From Helicobacter sp. (GTDB taxonomy: Bacteria; Campylobacterota; Campylobacteria; Campylobacterales; Helicobacteraceae), in contig NZ_JAIEFA010000031.1 in NCBI RefSeq assembly GCF_029067145.1, positions 5,613 through 69,612 of the forward strand: 64,000 nucleotides of DNA, given 5' to 3'. A model generated the notes under the pieces. That model ran no database searches. It worked only from the letters and a program-made list of their open reading frames with translations, and was not told where the DNA came from. Below are positions 33,031-42,706 of the stretch, piece after piece. Position numbers and translations under genes: made by a program. The stretch's first letter is position 1. Every line of letters begins with the position of its first letter.

Positions 33031-33798
33031 ATGGAAAAAATTGCATTAATGGGACATATTGTTGCGGGTTTTCCAAGCTTTGAGGCAAGTCTAAAAGCCG
33101 CCTTTGGAATCGCACAAGGCGGAGCAGAGTATTTGGAAGTGCAGTTTCCATTCTCCGACCCAAACGCCGATGGAATCGCGATTGCTAATGCTTGCGAAGT
33201 CGCACTTCAAGGGGGATTCAATACCGATTTAGGATTTGAGTTTATCGCGCAGTTACGAGACAAACTCGCCCAAAACAGCCTGAATACGAAGCTACTGATT
33301 ATGACTTATGGAAATATTTTGTTTTGTTATGGAATCAAAAAATTTTTGCAAAAGGCGAAAGAATGTGGAGTTTATGGGCTGATTGTGCCGGATTTGTCGC
33401 TAGATAATGACGAAAAATTATTCAAAAAAGCCAAGAAATTGGGACTAGAAAATATTGCACTCATTGCGCCCCTAACCAAGCCAAAGAGAATGGAGAGATT
33501 AAGCCGCAGAAGCGGAGCATTTGTCTATGTTGTCGCGCGCAATGGAATCACAGGAGACACAACGCAGATTGACGAATCCTTAATGCAGTATGTCCAAAGG
33601 GTTAAAGCGCATTGTCCAAAGCCCATTGCGCTAGGGTTTGGAATCCAAAGCAAAGAACAAATTGACGCTTTGCGCGGAATCGTGCCGATTGCGATTGTCG
33701 GAAGTGCCTTTGTGCGCTATATTGACAAAGCTTGCAAAGAGAAGGGAGAAATTTCTGAAAAACTCTGCGCTTTTACCAAAGGGCTTTTGGGGGATTAG
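33031..33798 (+). CDS. trpA: Tryptophan synthase alpha chain
   Basis: FPFSDPNADG, GITG, GFGI, VGSA. Confidence 0.96.
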   Translation: MEKIALMGHIVAGFPSFEASLKAAFGIAQGGAEYLEVQFPFSDPNADGIAIANACEVALQGGFNTDLGFEFIAQLRDKLAQNSLNTKLLIMTYGNILFCYGIKKFLQKAKECGVYGLIVPDLSLDNDEKLFKKAKKLGLENIALIAPLTKPKRMERLSRRSGAFVYVVARNGITGDTTQIDESLMQYVQRVKAHCPKPIALGFGIQSKEQIDALRGIVPIAIVGSAFVRYIDKACKEKGEISEKLCAFTKGLLGD

Positions 33799-33813
33799 CT
33801 TTGCGGGAACTTG

Positions 33814-33866
33814 GCAATGGAATCTTAAAGTTATGCGAGATTATGGATTGCTTCGCTCGCAATGAC
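33814..33866. repeat. Palindromic intergenic element, copy E
   Basis: GCAATGGAATCTTAAA...ATTATGGATTGCTTCGCTCGCAATGAC. Confidence 0.8.
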
Positions 33867-33913
33867 GCAGTGGAGAGCGTTATTTATAACGCATAGCAAT
33901 CTACCACAAAAGT

Positions 33914-35020
33914 TTAGAATCCCAACTCGTGGTAAAGTGCAATGGCGTAGCGGTCTGTCATAGACGCGATATAATCCGCACAGACGCGATGGATTTTTTC
34001 TCCATTAGAGATTCTTGCTTGCAAATCCTTTGGCAAAAGGCTAGTTTCGTTATTGAAGCAATCATAAAGTTTTCGCACGCAACGTTTGCCCATAAACATT
34101 TTTTTGTAAATTTCCTGATGACGATAGAGGCATTTTAGGAGGATTTTTTTGAGTGCTTTTATCTCTTGTTCTATTGTTTTTGTGTGAGAAATGGGCAAAG
34201 ATTCCTTAGCAAGAGTGGTAAAGCACCGCACAGAATCCTGCACAAAGGGCTTGTGGTTGTCCAAAATATCATAAACAAGCATTGTAATCAAGCGCGAAGT
34301 GAAACGATGACGAAAGATAGAATCCTGACGCATAATCCCCTCCTCTCTCTCCACAAACTCTAAGGCGCGCGCGACTAATGCGTTTTCTTCTAAATCCTCA
34401 AAGTCAATCAAGCCATATTTAATGCCGTCATCAATATCCGCGCTAATATACGCAATCTCATCGGACAAATCTACAAGAATCGCCTCAAGACTTGGGTGAA
34501 ATTCCACACGAAAGATATTTTGTAAATTTGAATTGATAAAGGACTTTTCGTAAGGATAAGAATGCTTTAAGATTCCCTCCAAAGTTGCAAAAGAAAGATT
34601 CAAACCCTCAAAATCTTTATACCGCTTCTCCAGTTTTGTTACCACACGAAACGATTGGAAATTGTGGTCAAACCCGTGATGGAATCCATAATGACGCATT
34701 GTTTTGTCTAGTTCGTCTCCTCCTGCGTGTCCAAAAGGCGTGTGTCCTAAATCGTGCGCTAGTGCAATGGCTTCTGCGAGATTCTCATTTAAGCCTAAAT
34801 TTTTTGCTAAAGTGCGCGCAATCTGGCTTACTTCAAGTGAATGCGTTAAACGCGTGCGAAAATAATCTCCGCTATGATTAATAAACACTTGCGTTTTGTA
34901 TTCCAAGCGTCTAAAATACGAGCTGTGTATGATTCTATCTCTATCTCTCCCAAACGCATCGCGAAAATCGGGCGTAGCAGGATAGAATCGTTCTTGGGGT
35001 TGCATTGGTTTTTGTGTCAT
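33914..35020 (-). CDS. dgt: Deoxyguanosinetriphosphate triphosphohydrolase (HD family)
   Basis: RDRDRIIHS, KTQVF, RTRLTHSLEV, HDLGHTPFGHAG, DYIASMTD. Confidence 0.93.
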   Translation of the reverse strand: MTQKPMQPQERFYPATPDFRDAFGRDRDRIIHSSYFRRLEYKTQVFINHSGDYFRTRLTHSLEVSQIARTLAKNLGLNENLAEAIALAHDLGHTPFGHAGGDELDKTMRHYGFHHGFDHNFQSFRVVTKLEKRYKDFEGLNLSFATLEGILKHSYPYEKSFINSNLQNIFRVEFHPSLEAILVDLSDEIAYISADIDDGIKYGLIDFEDLEENALVARALEFVEREEGIMRQDSIFRHRFTSRLITMLVYDILDNHKPFVQDSVRCFTTLAKESLPISHTKTIEQEIKALKKILLKCLYRHQEIYKKMFMGKRCVRKLYDCFNNETSLLPKDLQARISNGEKIHRVCADYIASMTDRYAIALYHELGF

Positions 35021-35099
35021 TTTGTCCGCCTTTTTTGGTATTATTTTAGCGATTTTGCGTTAAGATTCGCAAGATTTTGAGAAATTTTAAGGAAAATCT

Positions 35100-35864
35100 A
35101 TGATTCTTTTTGAAAACGATTCTTTTATGATTTTGCGCAAAGCCTTTGGAGAATATCAGACAAATTGCTATCTTGCAATAGACAAGCAAACAGATGAAGC
35201 ATTGATTATTGACCCAGGAATTGGGGCAAGCACTTGGGTAATAGAAACCCTTGAGCGCACAAAACCGCTTGCGATTCTTAACACACACGGGCATTTTGAC
35301 CATGTTTGGAGCAATGCCGAGCTCCTTTCGCATTTTGGCAAGATTCCACTACTTTGTCCGCTAGAAGATGCCTTTATGCTAGCAGAAGACTGCTTTAGCA
35401 CCGGGCTGCCCCAATCTACTCCTAGTGTGCTTGCGGGTGGAAAAGAGGACGCAAAAATAGAACCAAAAACAGCAACTACAGAGAATCTAGGCAGAGAAAA
35501 TCACTACACATTCAATAATTTTATCGTAGAATTTTCTTGCTATCCCGGTCATACTCCGGGTTGTAGCGTGATTGTGCTTAGTTCTAAACTCACCAATGCA
35601 GATTCTATCTCTGCGCAAAATGCGTCATTACAAAGTGAGATTCCGCCTTTGTCCCAACAAAAAGTAATGTTTAGTGGAGATTTTATCTTTCATCGCTCCA
35701 TTGGGCGCAGCGATTTTCCTTATTCCTCTCATAGCGCAATGAAAGCGAGTTTGGAAAAATTTATGGAGAGAAAGGAAAATCTACTGATTCTGCCCGGACA
35801 CGGCGATACAACGAGTGTTGCGCAAGAGCAGGCAAACATTCCTTATTGGCTTGCACGCCTTTAA
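35100..35864 (+). CDS. MBL-fold metallo-hydrolase (glyoxalase II-like)
   Basis: THGHFDH, PGHTPG, SGDFIF, PGHG. Confidence 0.9.
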   Translation: MILFENDSFMILRKAFGEYQTNCYLAIDKQTDEALIIDPGIGASTWVIETLERTKPLAILNTHGHFDHVWSNAELLSHFGKIPLLCPLEDAFMLAEDCFSTGLPQSTPSVLAGGKEDAKIEPKTATTENLGRENHYTFNNFIVEFSCYPGHTPGCSVIVLSSKLTNADSISAQNASLQSEIPPLSQQKVMFSGDFIFHRSIGRSDFPYSSHSAMKASLEKFMERKENLLILPGHGDTTSVAQEQANIPYWLARL

Positions 35865-35892
35865 GCTAGAAATCAAAAGCAAGCAGTCCTAA

Positions 35893-36528
35893 TCAAAATA
35901 ACTCAATGATTCCGCGCCTTGTTTTGAGTTTGCCCTGTTTTTCTAGCTCTTTTAACACTCTTGAGACTGCCTCGCGCGCGCTTCCTAACGCATTGGCAAT
36001 CTCCTCGTGCGTGATATAAAGCATCTTAGAATCCTTTGAATCCTCGCGGCGTAAAACAGAATGCAAAAAATTCAAAACCCTATCCTCCAAAGATTCAAAC
36101 GCAAGGGAGCTCAAAGACGAAACAACGCGACTTAAACGTTCCCCAATAAGCTCTGTCTGAAATTGCTTGGCAATGGGATACTTAAGACTTAATTTGTCAA
36201 AAATCTTGCTAGGCAAAATCAATACATTGGAGGTTTGAATAAACTCCAAACAAACATCAAAATGAATATTTTTTAAAATACAAGTCGCAGAAAGGATACA
36301 AAATTCGCCATTTTTTAGAACAAAAAGATTGATTTCCTTGCCATTTGGAGAAACGATAAATGTCCGCAAAGCACCATCTAATATCAAAACAAGTCCGCGG
36401 CATTGCTCGCCTTTTAAGATTCTATAATTTTTGGGGAAACTTTTAGTGTAAGCACTCTGCAAATAAATATTTTGGTCTGCTGGAGAAACTTCCCAAGATT
36501 CCATTAATTCTTTAAAGATTGCATTCAA
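35893..36528 (-). CDS. Crp/Fnr family transcriptional regulator
   Basis: cNMP-binding-like domain plus HTH THEEIANALGSAREAVSRVL. Confidence 0.9.
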   Translation of the reverse strand: MNAIFKELMESWEVSPADQNIYLQSAYTKSFPKNYRILKGEQCRGLVLILDGALRTFIVSPNGKEINLFVLKNGEFCILSATCILKNIHFDVCLEFIQTSNVLILPSKIFDKLSLKYPIAKQFQTELIGERLSRVVSSLSSLAFESLEDRVLNFLHSVLRREDSKDSKMLYITHEEIANALGSAREAVSRVLKELEKQGKLKTRRGIIELF

Positions 36529-36651
36529 CTTCTACGCCCTATTTTTCTAAATTTTAAATTATAGCTCATCTCGCTTTAAGAAAATCTAGTTTGGCAAAAG
36601 TGGGAAAATTTTTTAAGTTTATGAGGAAGGGACACAAAGGCAAGACAGAGA

Positions 36652-36927
36652 TTAGCCTCTGTCTTTTAATCCTAGTTTTTCAATCACGTTTGCGTAGCTT
36701 TTAAAATCTTTACGACGCAAATAAGTAAGCAAGCCTTTTCTTTGAGAAACAAGCTTTCTAAGTCCCAAACGACTAGAATGGTCTTTTGGATTTACCTTTA
36801 AATGTTGTGTGAGTGTTTTAATCCTATCACTAAGCAAAGCAATTTGCACCTCTGTAGAACCTGTATCTTTGGGATTCCTAGCAAAAGCAGAAGTAATTTC
36901 TCTCTTTTTCGCCGAATCTTGAGCCAT
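36652..36927 (-). CDS. rpsO: 30S ribosomal protein S15
   Basis: DTGSTEVQIALL, KDHSSRLGL. Confidence 0.97.
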   Translation of the reverse strand: MAQDSAKKREITSAFARNPKDTGSTEVQIALLSDRIKTLTQHLKVNPKDHSSRLGLRKLVSQRKGLLTYLRRKDFKSYANVIEKLGLKDRG

Positions 36928-37069
36928 TTTGACCTCCTGATTGGTATAAATAAAGTTTGCGATTTTATCATAAAAATGTAAAAATGCGCTAAAATTTTAA
37001 CAATTTTCTTGATTTTATCGGCTAAAAACGACTAAAATTACAGATTGATTTATTTATTTTGGAGTAGAT

Positions 37070-39331
37070 TTGGCAACAGCAGATAAAAAAGTGTCTTTAC
37101 TAAGCAGGATTATGCCCTTTTTATCTTTTCTTTCAGGCTCAAAAGATTTAACGGTTGTCTTTTTTATCATTGCGATTTTAGCAATCATCATTGTACCGCT
37201 TCCAAGTTCTTTATTGGATTTTTTCTTAGCCATTTCTATTGCACTTTCTGCATTAATTATCTTAATTGCGCTTTATGTCAAAAAACCCACAGATTTTTCG
37301 GCTTTTCCTACGCTTTTGTTGATTATTACTCTTTTTCGTCTTGCTCTTAATATTGCAACAACAAGAATGATTCTAAGCAATGGGCATTTAGGTCCTGAAG
37401 CAGTAAGCGATATTATCAACGCCTTTGGACAATTTGTTGTGGGCGGAAATTATGTTATTGGAATCATTTTATTTATTATTTTAGTCATTATCAATTTTAT
37501 GGTTGTAACTAATGGTTCTACAAGGGTTTCTGAAGTCAAAGCGCGTTTTACACTAGACGCAATGCCGGGTAAGCAAATGGCGATTGACGCGGATTTAAAC
37601 TCTGGAATCATTGGGCAAGAGGAAGCAAAAGCAAGACGCGACGCATTAGCAACCGAAGCGGACTTTTATGGCTCAATGGACGGTGCAAACAAATTCGTCA
37701 AAGGCGATGCGATTGCTGGGATTATTATTACACTGATTAACATCATTGGCGGATTCCTCATTGGCGTTTTTCAAAGAGATATGACGATAGCGGATTCTGC
37801 TTCCACTTTCACAATCCTAACGATTGGCGATGGTTTAGTTTCCCAACTCCCCGCACTCATTGTCGCCACCGCCACAGGTATCATTGTAACGCGCTTTAGC
37901 AAAGAGGGTGAAAACTTCGCTTCAGGGATTATTGACCAACTCATTAACGAATCCAAAACACTTTTAATTGTGGGCTGCATTTTATTGCTTTTTGCTCTCG
38001 TGCCGGGCTTGCCTACCCTCTCACTTGGTTTTGTAGGTTTGCTGTTTTTAAGCCTTGCCTTGCTTTTAAGCAAGCAAAAAGAGGGTGAGGTATGGAAATA
38101 TGTAGAATCGCTCTTTAAAAAAATAAAAAAAGCCGACAAAACCAAAGAGGGGGAATTACAAGATTCTGACAATCTCCCTCAACGCAAACAAGCAAGACAG
38201 CAAGCCGCCGCCACTCAAGCGGCAAAACAACCTCCCAAAGAAAACGAGGAAGAGCGCAAAAAACGCGATGAAGCAGAGATTGATAACGCACTTAAAGTCA
38301 AAATCTTGCGTGTGGGGCTTGGGTATCAGCTCATCAAGTTTGCAGATCCTGCGCAAGGAGGCGAACTCGTCAATAAAATCCGCCAAATCCGCAAAACAAT
38401 GGCAACGGAATATGGAATCCTCGTGCCAATGGTGCATTTAAGAGATGATTTGAATTTGCCTCCTGATGAATACCAAATTTTGCTTAAAGAAATTGAAATT
38501 GGTCACGGCAAAGTAATGGCGGACAAATATCTTGCGGTTGCTGCAAGCGGATTTGCTGGAGAATTGCCCGATGGAATCCCAACCAAAGAGCCGGTGTTTG
38601 GCTTGGACGCTTATTGGATAGATGAAAGCAAAAAAGAAGACGCAATTATTGAGGGTTACACAACTATTGATGGTGCAACCGTGATTAGCACACACATTCA
38701 AGAGCTCATCAAACAATACGCAGAGGAACTGCTCACGCGTCAAGAAGTGCATAATCTGCTTGAAAAACTAGGCAAAGATTATCCGATTTTAGCAGAGGAA
38801 ATTAAAGGGGTAGGAGTTGGCACGATTCAACATATCTTAAAAGAGCTGTTGCACGAACAAATTCCCATTAAAGATATGTTGAGCATTGCTGAAGCCATCG
38901 CAGATGGCTATCCAGCCTACAAAGGCGATTTGCCAACACTCACAGAATATGTCCGCGCGTGCCTTAAACGACTCATTACACATAATTTTCAAAATGATGA
39001 CGGAATCTTGCGCTACTTTATTCTTTCTCCCGCATTAGAACAATTCTTACTAGAACGTTTGCCAGACCAACAAAAAATGGGACAAAGATTGCGCCTAAGC
39101 CCGACAGAATCCCAAAACCTACTCGACGCACTCAATATTGCCCTCCAAAAAGGCGCATCTATGGGTGCTGTGCCAACAATCATTGGCGGCACTTCTATGG
39201 TGCTAAGAAAGCCTTTGGCGATTTTCCTTGAACAATATGGTTTTGGACGCAATATGATTGTTTTAAGCACCGCAGAGATTGATTATCAAAGCAAATATGA
39301 AATCTTGGGCACGGTTGAATTCGCTCTGTAA
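37070..39331 (+). CDS. flhA: Flagellar export gate protein FlhA
   Basis: FHIPEP motifs RVSEVKARFTLDAMPGKQMAIDADL, FYGSMDGANKFVKGDA. Confidence 0.97.
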   Translation: MATADKKVSLLSRIMPFLSFLSGSKDLTVVFFIIAILAIIIVPLPSSLLDFFLAISIALSALIILIALYVKKPTDFSAFPTLLLIITLFRLALNIATTRMILSNGHLGPEAVSDIINAFGQFVVGGNYVIGIILFIILVIINFMVVTNGSTRVSEVKARFTLDAMPGKQMAIDADLNSGIIGQEEAKARRDALATEADFYGSMDGANKFVKGDAIAGIIITLINIIGGFLIGVFQRDMTIADSASTFTILTIGDGLVSQLPALIVATATGIIVTRFSKEGENFASGIIDQLINESKTLLIVGCILLLFALVPGLPTLSLGFVGLLFLSLALLLSKQKEGEVWKYVESLFKKIKKADKTKEGELQDSDNLPQRKQARQQAAATQAAKQPPKENEEERKKRDEAEIDNALKVKILRVGLGYQLIKFADPAQGGELVNKIRQIRKTMATEYGILVPMVHLRDDLNLPPDEYQILLKEIEIGHGKVMADKYLAVAASGFAGELPDGIPTKEPVFGLDAYWIDESKKEDAIIEGYTTIDGATVISTHIQELIKQYAEELLTRQEVHNLLEKLGKDYPILAEEIKGVGVGTIQHILKELLHEQIPIKDMLSIAEAIADGYPAYKGDLPTLTEYVRACLKRLITHNFQNDDGILRYFILSPALEQFLLERLPDQQKMGQRLRLSPTESQNLLDALNIALQKGASMGAVPTIIGGTSMVLRKPLAIFLEQYGFGRNMIVLSTAEIDYQSKYEILGTVEFAL

Positions 39332-39339
39332 GGAAAAAT

Positions 39340-40425
39340 ATGCAAATCTACCATTTATCTCATATTGACTTAGACGGCTATGGTTGCCAAATGGTAAGCC
39401 GCGAAATCTACACACGTGCGTTTGCGTCCGATTCCTTGTCAATGTTTTTTTACAATGCCAACTATGGCAAAGAAGTTGGTGCGCGCCTAGAGGAAATTTA
39501 TCGGCAAATCAAATGCACAAAAACAAAGAATCCCAAAGAAAAAGCGCATATTTTGATTAGTGATTTGAATCTCACGCTCGAGGAATGCGAAAGATTGGTG
39601 CAATCTGTCCTAGAGCTAAACCTCAACGGATTCCAAATCACTTTTGAGTTATTAGACCACCACAAAAGTGGGCAAGAATGCGCACAGACTTACGAATGGT
39701 ATTTTTTGGATACCAAACGATGCGCTACACATATCGTTTATGATACACTGCTTACGCGTTATGGGCTTTGCGATTCTGTAAGGCAATGGCTTGAACCAAT
39801 GGTAAAAATGATTAATAGCATAGATTTATGGCTAGAAGAGGGTTATGCCTTTGAGTTTGGCAAAGTCGCAATGCGAATGATTGTAGAATGCAAAGAACTC
39901 AATCGCTTTATGTTTGATAATGAAGACCGCGAATACAAGCTTGCTTTATTAAAAGAATCCGCAAAATTTCTCGGGCAAGAAAAGGGAGAGATTCTGCTGG
40001 ATAATGCGATTTTAGAGATGAAAAAATGCTTTTTAAAAGGCAGCTTGTTCAGTGCCACATTAGATAATCTAACCTCAAAATACCAAAGCGAACTTTTGGC
40101 GCAAAAAGCGGAATCTTGTAGCATATATTGGAAGCAATATAGAGGATTTTTGAGTTACAGCATTGGCAATATCTCTGTGCTTGCAAACTTATTTTTAAAA
40201 AACAATCCACAATTTGATTTCTTCATAGATGTGAGTGCGCGTGGAAATGTAAGTTTGCGCGCCAACAACGCTTGTGATGTAAGTGTTTTAGCAAAAAATT
40301 ACTTCAATGGAGGAGGACACGCAAATGCAAGCGGTGGCAAAATAGATGGATTCAAAGAAAGTTTTATCTATGAGGATATTAAAGAATGCGTGCAAACTAT
40401 CTTAAAAGGAGAAGAATATGAATAA
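39340..40425 (+). CDS. DHH family phosphoesterase (NrnB-like)
   Basis: SHIDLDG, LDHH, GGGHANASG. Confidence 0.88.
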   Translation: MQIYHLSHIDLDGYGCQMVSREIYTRAFASDSLSMFFYNANYGKEVGARLEEIYRQIKCTKTKNPKEKAHILISDLNLTLEECERLVQSVLELNLNGFQITFELLDHHKSGQECAQTYEWYFLDTKRCATHIVYDTLLTRYGLCDSVRQWLEPMVKMINSIDLWLEEGYAFEFGKVAMRMIVECKELNRFMFDNEDREYKLALLKESAKFLGQEKGEILLDNAILEMKKCFLKGSLFSATLDNLTSKYQSELLAQKAESCSIYWKQYRGFLSYSIGNISVLANLFLKNNPQFDFFIDVSARGNVSLRANNACDVSVLAKNYFNGGGHANASGGKIDGFKESFIYEDIKECVQTILKGEEYE

Positions 40426-40651
40426 AGACAGAATCAAAGAGCTAGAAGAAGAAGTGGAGGAATTGTCCATTCAATTAAGCGATATGCTTTGTGTGACGTT
40501 AATCTTAAGTGGCGTAAAGGAATCCTCTATGCAAGAGGCATTGGACGCTTATATTGACGGATTAGATGAACAAAGCATAGAATATGGTGTCAATGAGATT
40601 TTGCAGAATCTAAAAAAGCTCAAACAAACACACCCGCAATTTTTTGCCTAA
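40418..40651 (+). CDS. Small acidic hypothetical protein
   Basis: Overlaps the upstream stop, has an RBS and fills the operon gap. Confidence 0.7.
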   Translation: MNKDRIKELEEEVEELSIQLSDMLCVTLILSGVKESSMQEALDAYIDGLDEQSIEYGVNEILQNLKKLKQTHPQFFA

Positions 40652-40661
40652 AAGAGATTCT

Positions 40662-41390
40662 ATGGAAACAAAAAGAATCGCTATTTTATTTAGTGGCAAT
40701 GGAAGCAATTTAGAAGCACTCATCAAGGCTTTGCACCAAAAATGCTTTCTCCCTAGCAAACGACCTGAAAATACAAAACAAAGCACCATCGGAGGGTTCT
40801 TGATTGGAGATGTTTTAATTGAGGGATTCTTAATTGGGGGATTAGCGCATACATTTAAACGAATAGAACCTGATTGTGCAAAGAGCAAACATTCCAACAA
40901 AGCCTTTAAGGTGGAAGTTGTCTTGGCTTTGAGCAACAAAAGCGACGCATTTGGGCTTACGCGCGCCAAAAGACTAGGAATCGCTACGCAAGTGATAGAA
41001 AGCGCGGGGAAGACAAGGGAGGAGTTTGATACGCAATTAGTCGCAACCCTGCAAGAATTTAAACTAGATTTATGCGTATTGGCTGGATTTATGCGAATCT
41101 TAACACCGATTTTTACGCAAAAGATTCGCGCTATCAATATCCACCCCTCGCTCTTGCCTCTTTTCAAAGGAGCGCACGGAATCTTAGAGTCCTACAACTC
41201 ACCTATGCGCTTAGGAGGCGTGAGCGTGCATTATGTCAGCGAGGAGCTAGATAGCGGAGAAATCATCGCGCAAGGCGCAATCGCAAAAATCAAAGGAGAA
41301 AACCTAGAATCTTATGAAACGCGTATCCACAAATTAGAACACACATTGTATCCGCTGGCATTACTAGAAGCACTCACAAGGAAAAAATAA
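40662..41390 (+). CDS. purN: Phosphoribosylglycinamide formyltransferase with internal insertion
   Basis: FSGNGSNL, LAGFMRIL, NIHPSLLP, VHYVSEELDSG, EH. Confidence 0.93.
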   Translation: METKRIAILFSGNGSNLEALIKALHQKCFLPSKRPENTKQSTIGGFLIGDVLIEGFLIGGLAHTFKRIEPDCAKSKHSNKAFKVEVVLALSNKSDAFGLTRAKRLGIATQVIESAGKTREEFDTQLVATLQEFKLDLCVLAGFMRILTPIFTQKIRAINIHPSLLPLFKGAHGILESYNSPMRLGGVSVHYVSEELDSGEIIAQGAIAKIKGENLESYETRIHKLEHTLYPLALLEALTRKK

Positions 41391-42496
41391 TGCGTATTTT
41401 ACACACAGAATGGTCGGGTGGCTTTGGCGGGCAGGAGATTCGGATTCTAAATGAAATGCAAGAAATGCGTAGGCGCGGTTGTTATCTCGCACTTGCTACC
41501 AAAGAGGACGCTAGAATCCTACTCAAAGCCAAAGAACAGGGTTTTACCACCTTTACCCTACCCTTTAGGCGCAAAACCGACTTAGAAAGTATTTATCAAC
41601 TTCATAAAATCGCGAAAAACTTTGATATTATCAATACGCATAGCGGCGTAGATACTTGGCTAGGCGGATTAGCAAGCATTGGAAGCGGAGCGAAGTTTAT
41701 CCGCACGCGTCATCTATCCAACAAAATCCACCCCTCACGCTTAAACTTTATTAACTCCCTAGCAGATTTCATCATCACCACAGGAGAAAGCATAAGAGAA
41801 GCAATGATACGCGAGAATCGCATCAAAAGAGAGAGGATTCTTTCTATCCCCACAGGCATTGACACGGAGACTTTTTGCAAAGAAAAATACGACAAAGAAG
41901 CAATGAAAACAAAATACAATCTCCCACAAAATAAATTGATTATAGGCAATTTAGGCGTTTTGCGTGCAATGAAGCGACAAGATGTTTTTATTGAAGTCGC
42001 GCGTGAAATTTGCCAAAAATACCCCGATGTATTTTTTGTGATTGCGGGCAGTGGAGATGGACAAATCCGCTTAGAAAATCTCGCAAAAGAAGTCAATCAG
42101 GCGGTAAATCAAGAAGTCGTGCGCCTGCTTGGACACATTGAAAATCCTGCAGAATTTTTGGCAACTTTGGATATTTTTATGCTCACAAGTGATAAAAATG
42201 AGGGTGTGCCGCAAAGCCTAATGCAAGCTCTAGCTATGGAGATTCCAAGCATTGCAAGCGATATTGGCTCTATTGCGGATTTACACTTTTATTCTCAAGG
42301 CAAGCCAAATTTCATTCTCACAAAAAATCCAAGCTTAGAGGAGTTTGCAGAAGCGTTAGAATCGCTAATTAGAGAGAGAGAGAGAGAGAGAGAGATAATC
42401 CTGCCATCGCGTGATTTTATTGTAAAAAATTTCTCTCTTGCCGCAATGGGTGAGAAAACTATGCAAGTGTATCAGAATCTGCTTGTCAATTCTTGA
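41390..42496 (+). CDS. GT4 family glycosyltransferase (LPS-related), contains an (AG)12 tract, in frame
   Basis: GGQE, HS..D, KRQD, EGVPQSLMQALA; REREREREI encoded by the repeat. Confidence 0.9.
   Translation: MRILHTEWSGGFGGQEIRILNEMQEMRRRGCYLALATKEDARILLKAKEQGFTTFTLPFRRKTDLESIYQLHKIAKNFDIINTHSGVDTWLGGLASIGSGAKFIRTRHLSNKIHPSRLNFINSLADFIITTGESIREAMIRENRIKRERILSIPTGIDTETFCKEKYDKEAMKTKYNLPQNKLIIGNLGVLRAMKRQDVFIEVAREICQKYPDVFFVIAGSGDGQIRLENLAKEVNQAVNQEVVRLLGHIENPAEFLATLDIFMLTSDKNEGVPQSLMQALAMEIPSIASDIGSIADLHFYSQGKPNFILTKNPSLEEFAEALESLIREREREREIILPSRDFIVKNFSLAAMGEKTMQVYQNLLVNS
42371..42395 (+). repeat. (AG)12-A dinucleotide tract
   Basis: Read directly from the sequence. Confidence 0.95.
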
Positions 42497-42550
42497 TAAA
42501 TTTAAAATAATTTACACCCTTAGAGCTTAAAATTTGGTTTGTATGCAGGG

Positions 42551-42629
42551 TTACAGATTGCTTCGCTTGCAAGGACTGCTGGGATTCGTCATTGTGAAGC
42601 CTTTGTAAAAAGCTGTGGCAATCTAAAAT
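42551..42629. repeat. Palindromic intergenic element, copy F
   Basis: AGATTGCTTCGCTTGCAAGGAC...GTCATTGTGAAG...TGTGGCAATCTA. Confidence 0.75.
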
Positions 42630-42706
42630 ACAAAATCTCGCAATTTGTTATAAGATTATGGACTCCACTCTACTTCCTTATGCGCGCAGGAATCATAAGG
42701 GTAAAG

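Noticed and set aside
33914..35020. dGTPase as an anti-phage defence gene
   Set aside because: Short housekeeping-type Dgt in a core-gene context with no defence neighbours
37015..37045. GCCGATAA on the minus strand between flhA and rpsO as a sigma-28 promoter
   Set aside because: Poor -35 match, and it would point into a ribosomal protein gene
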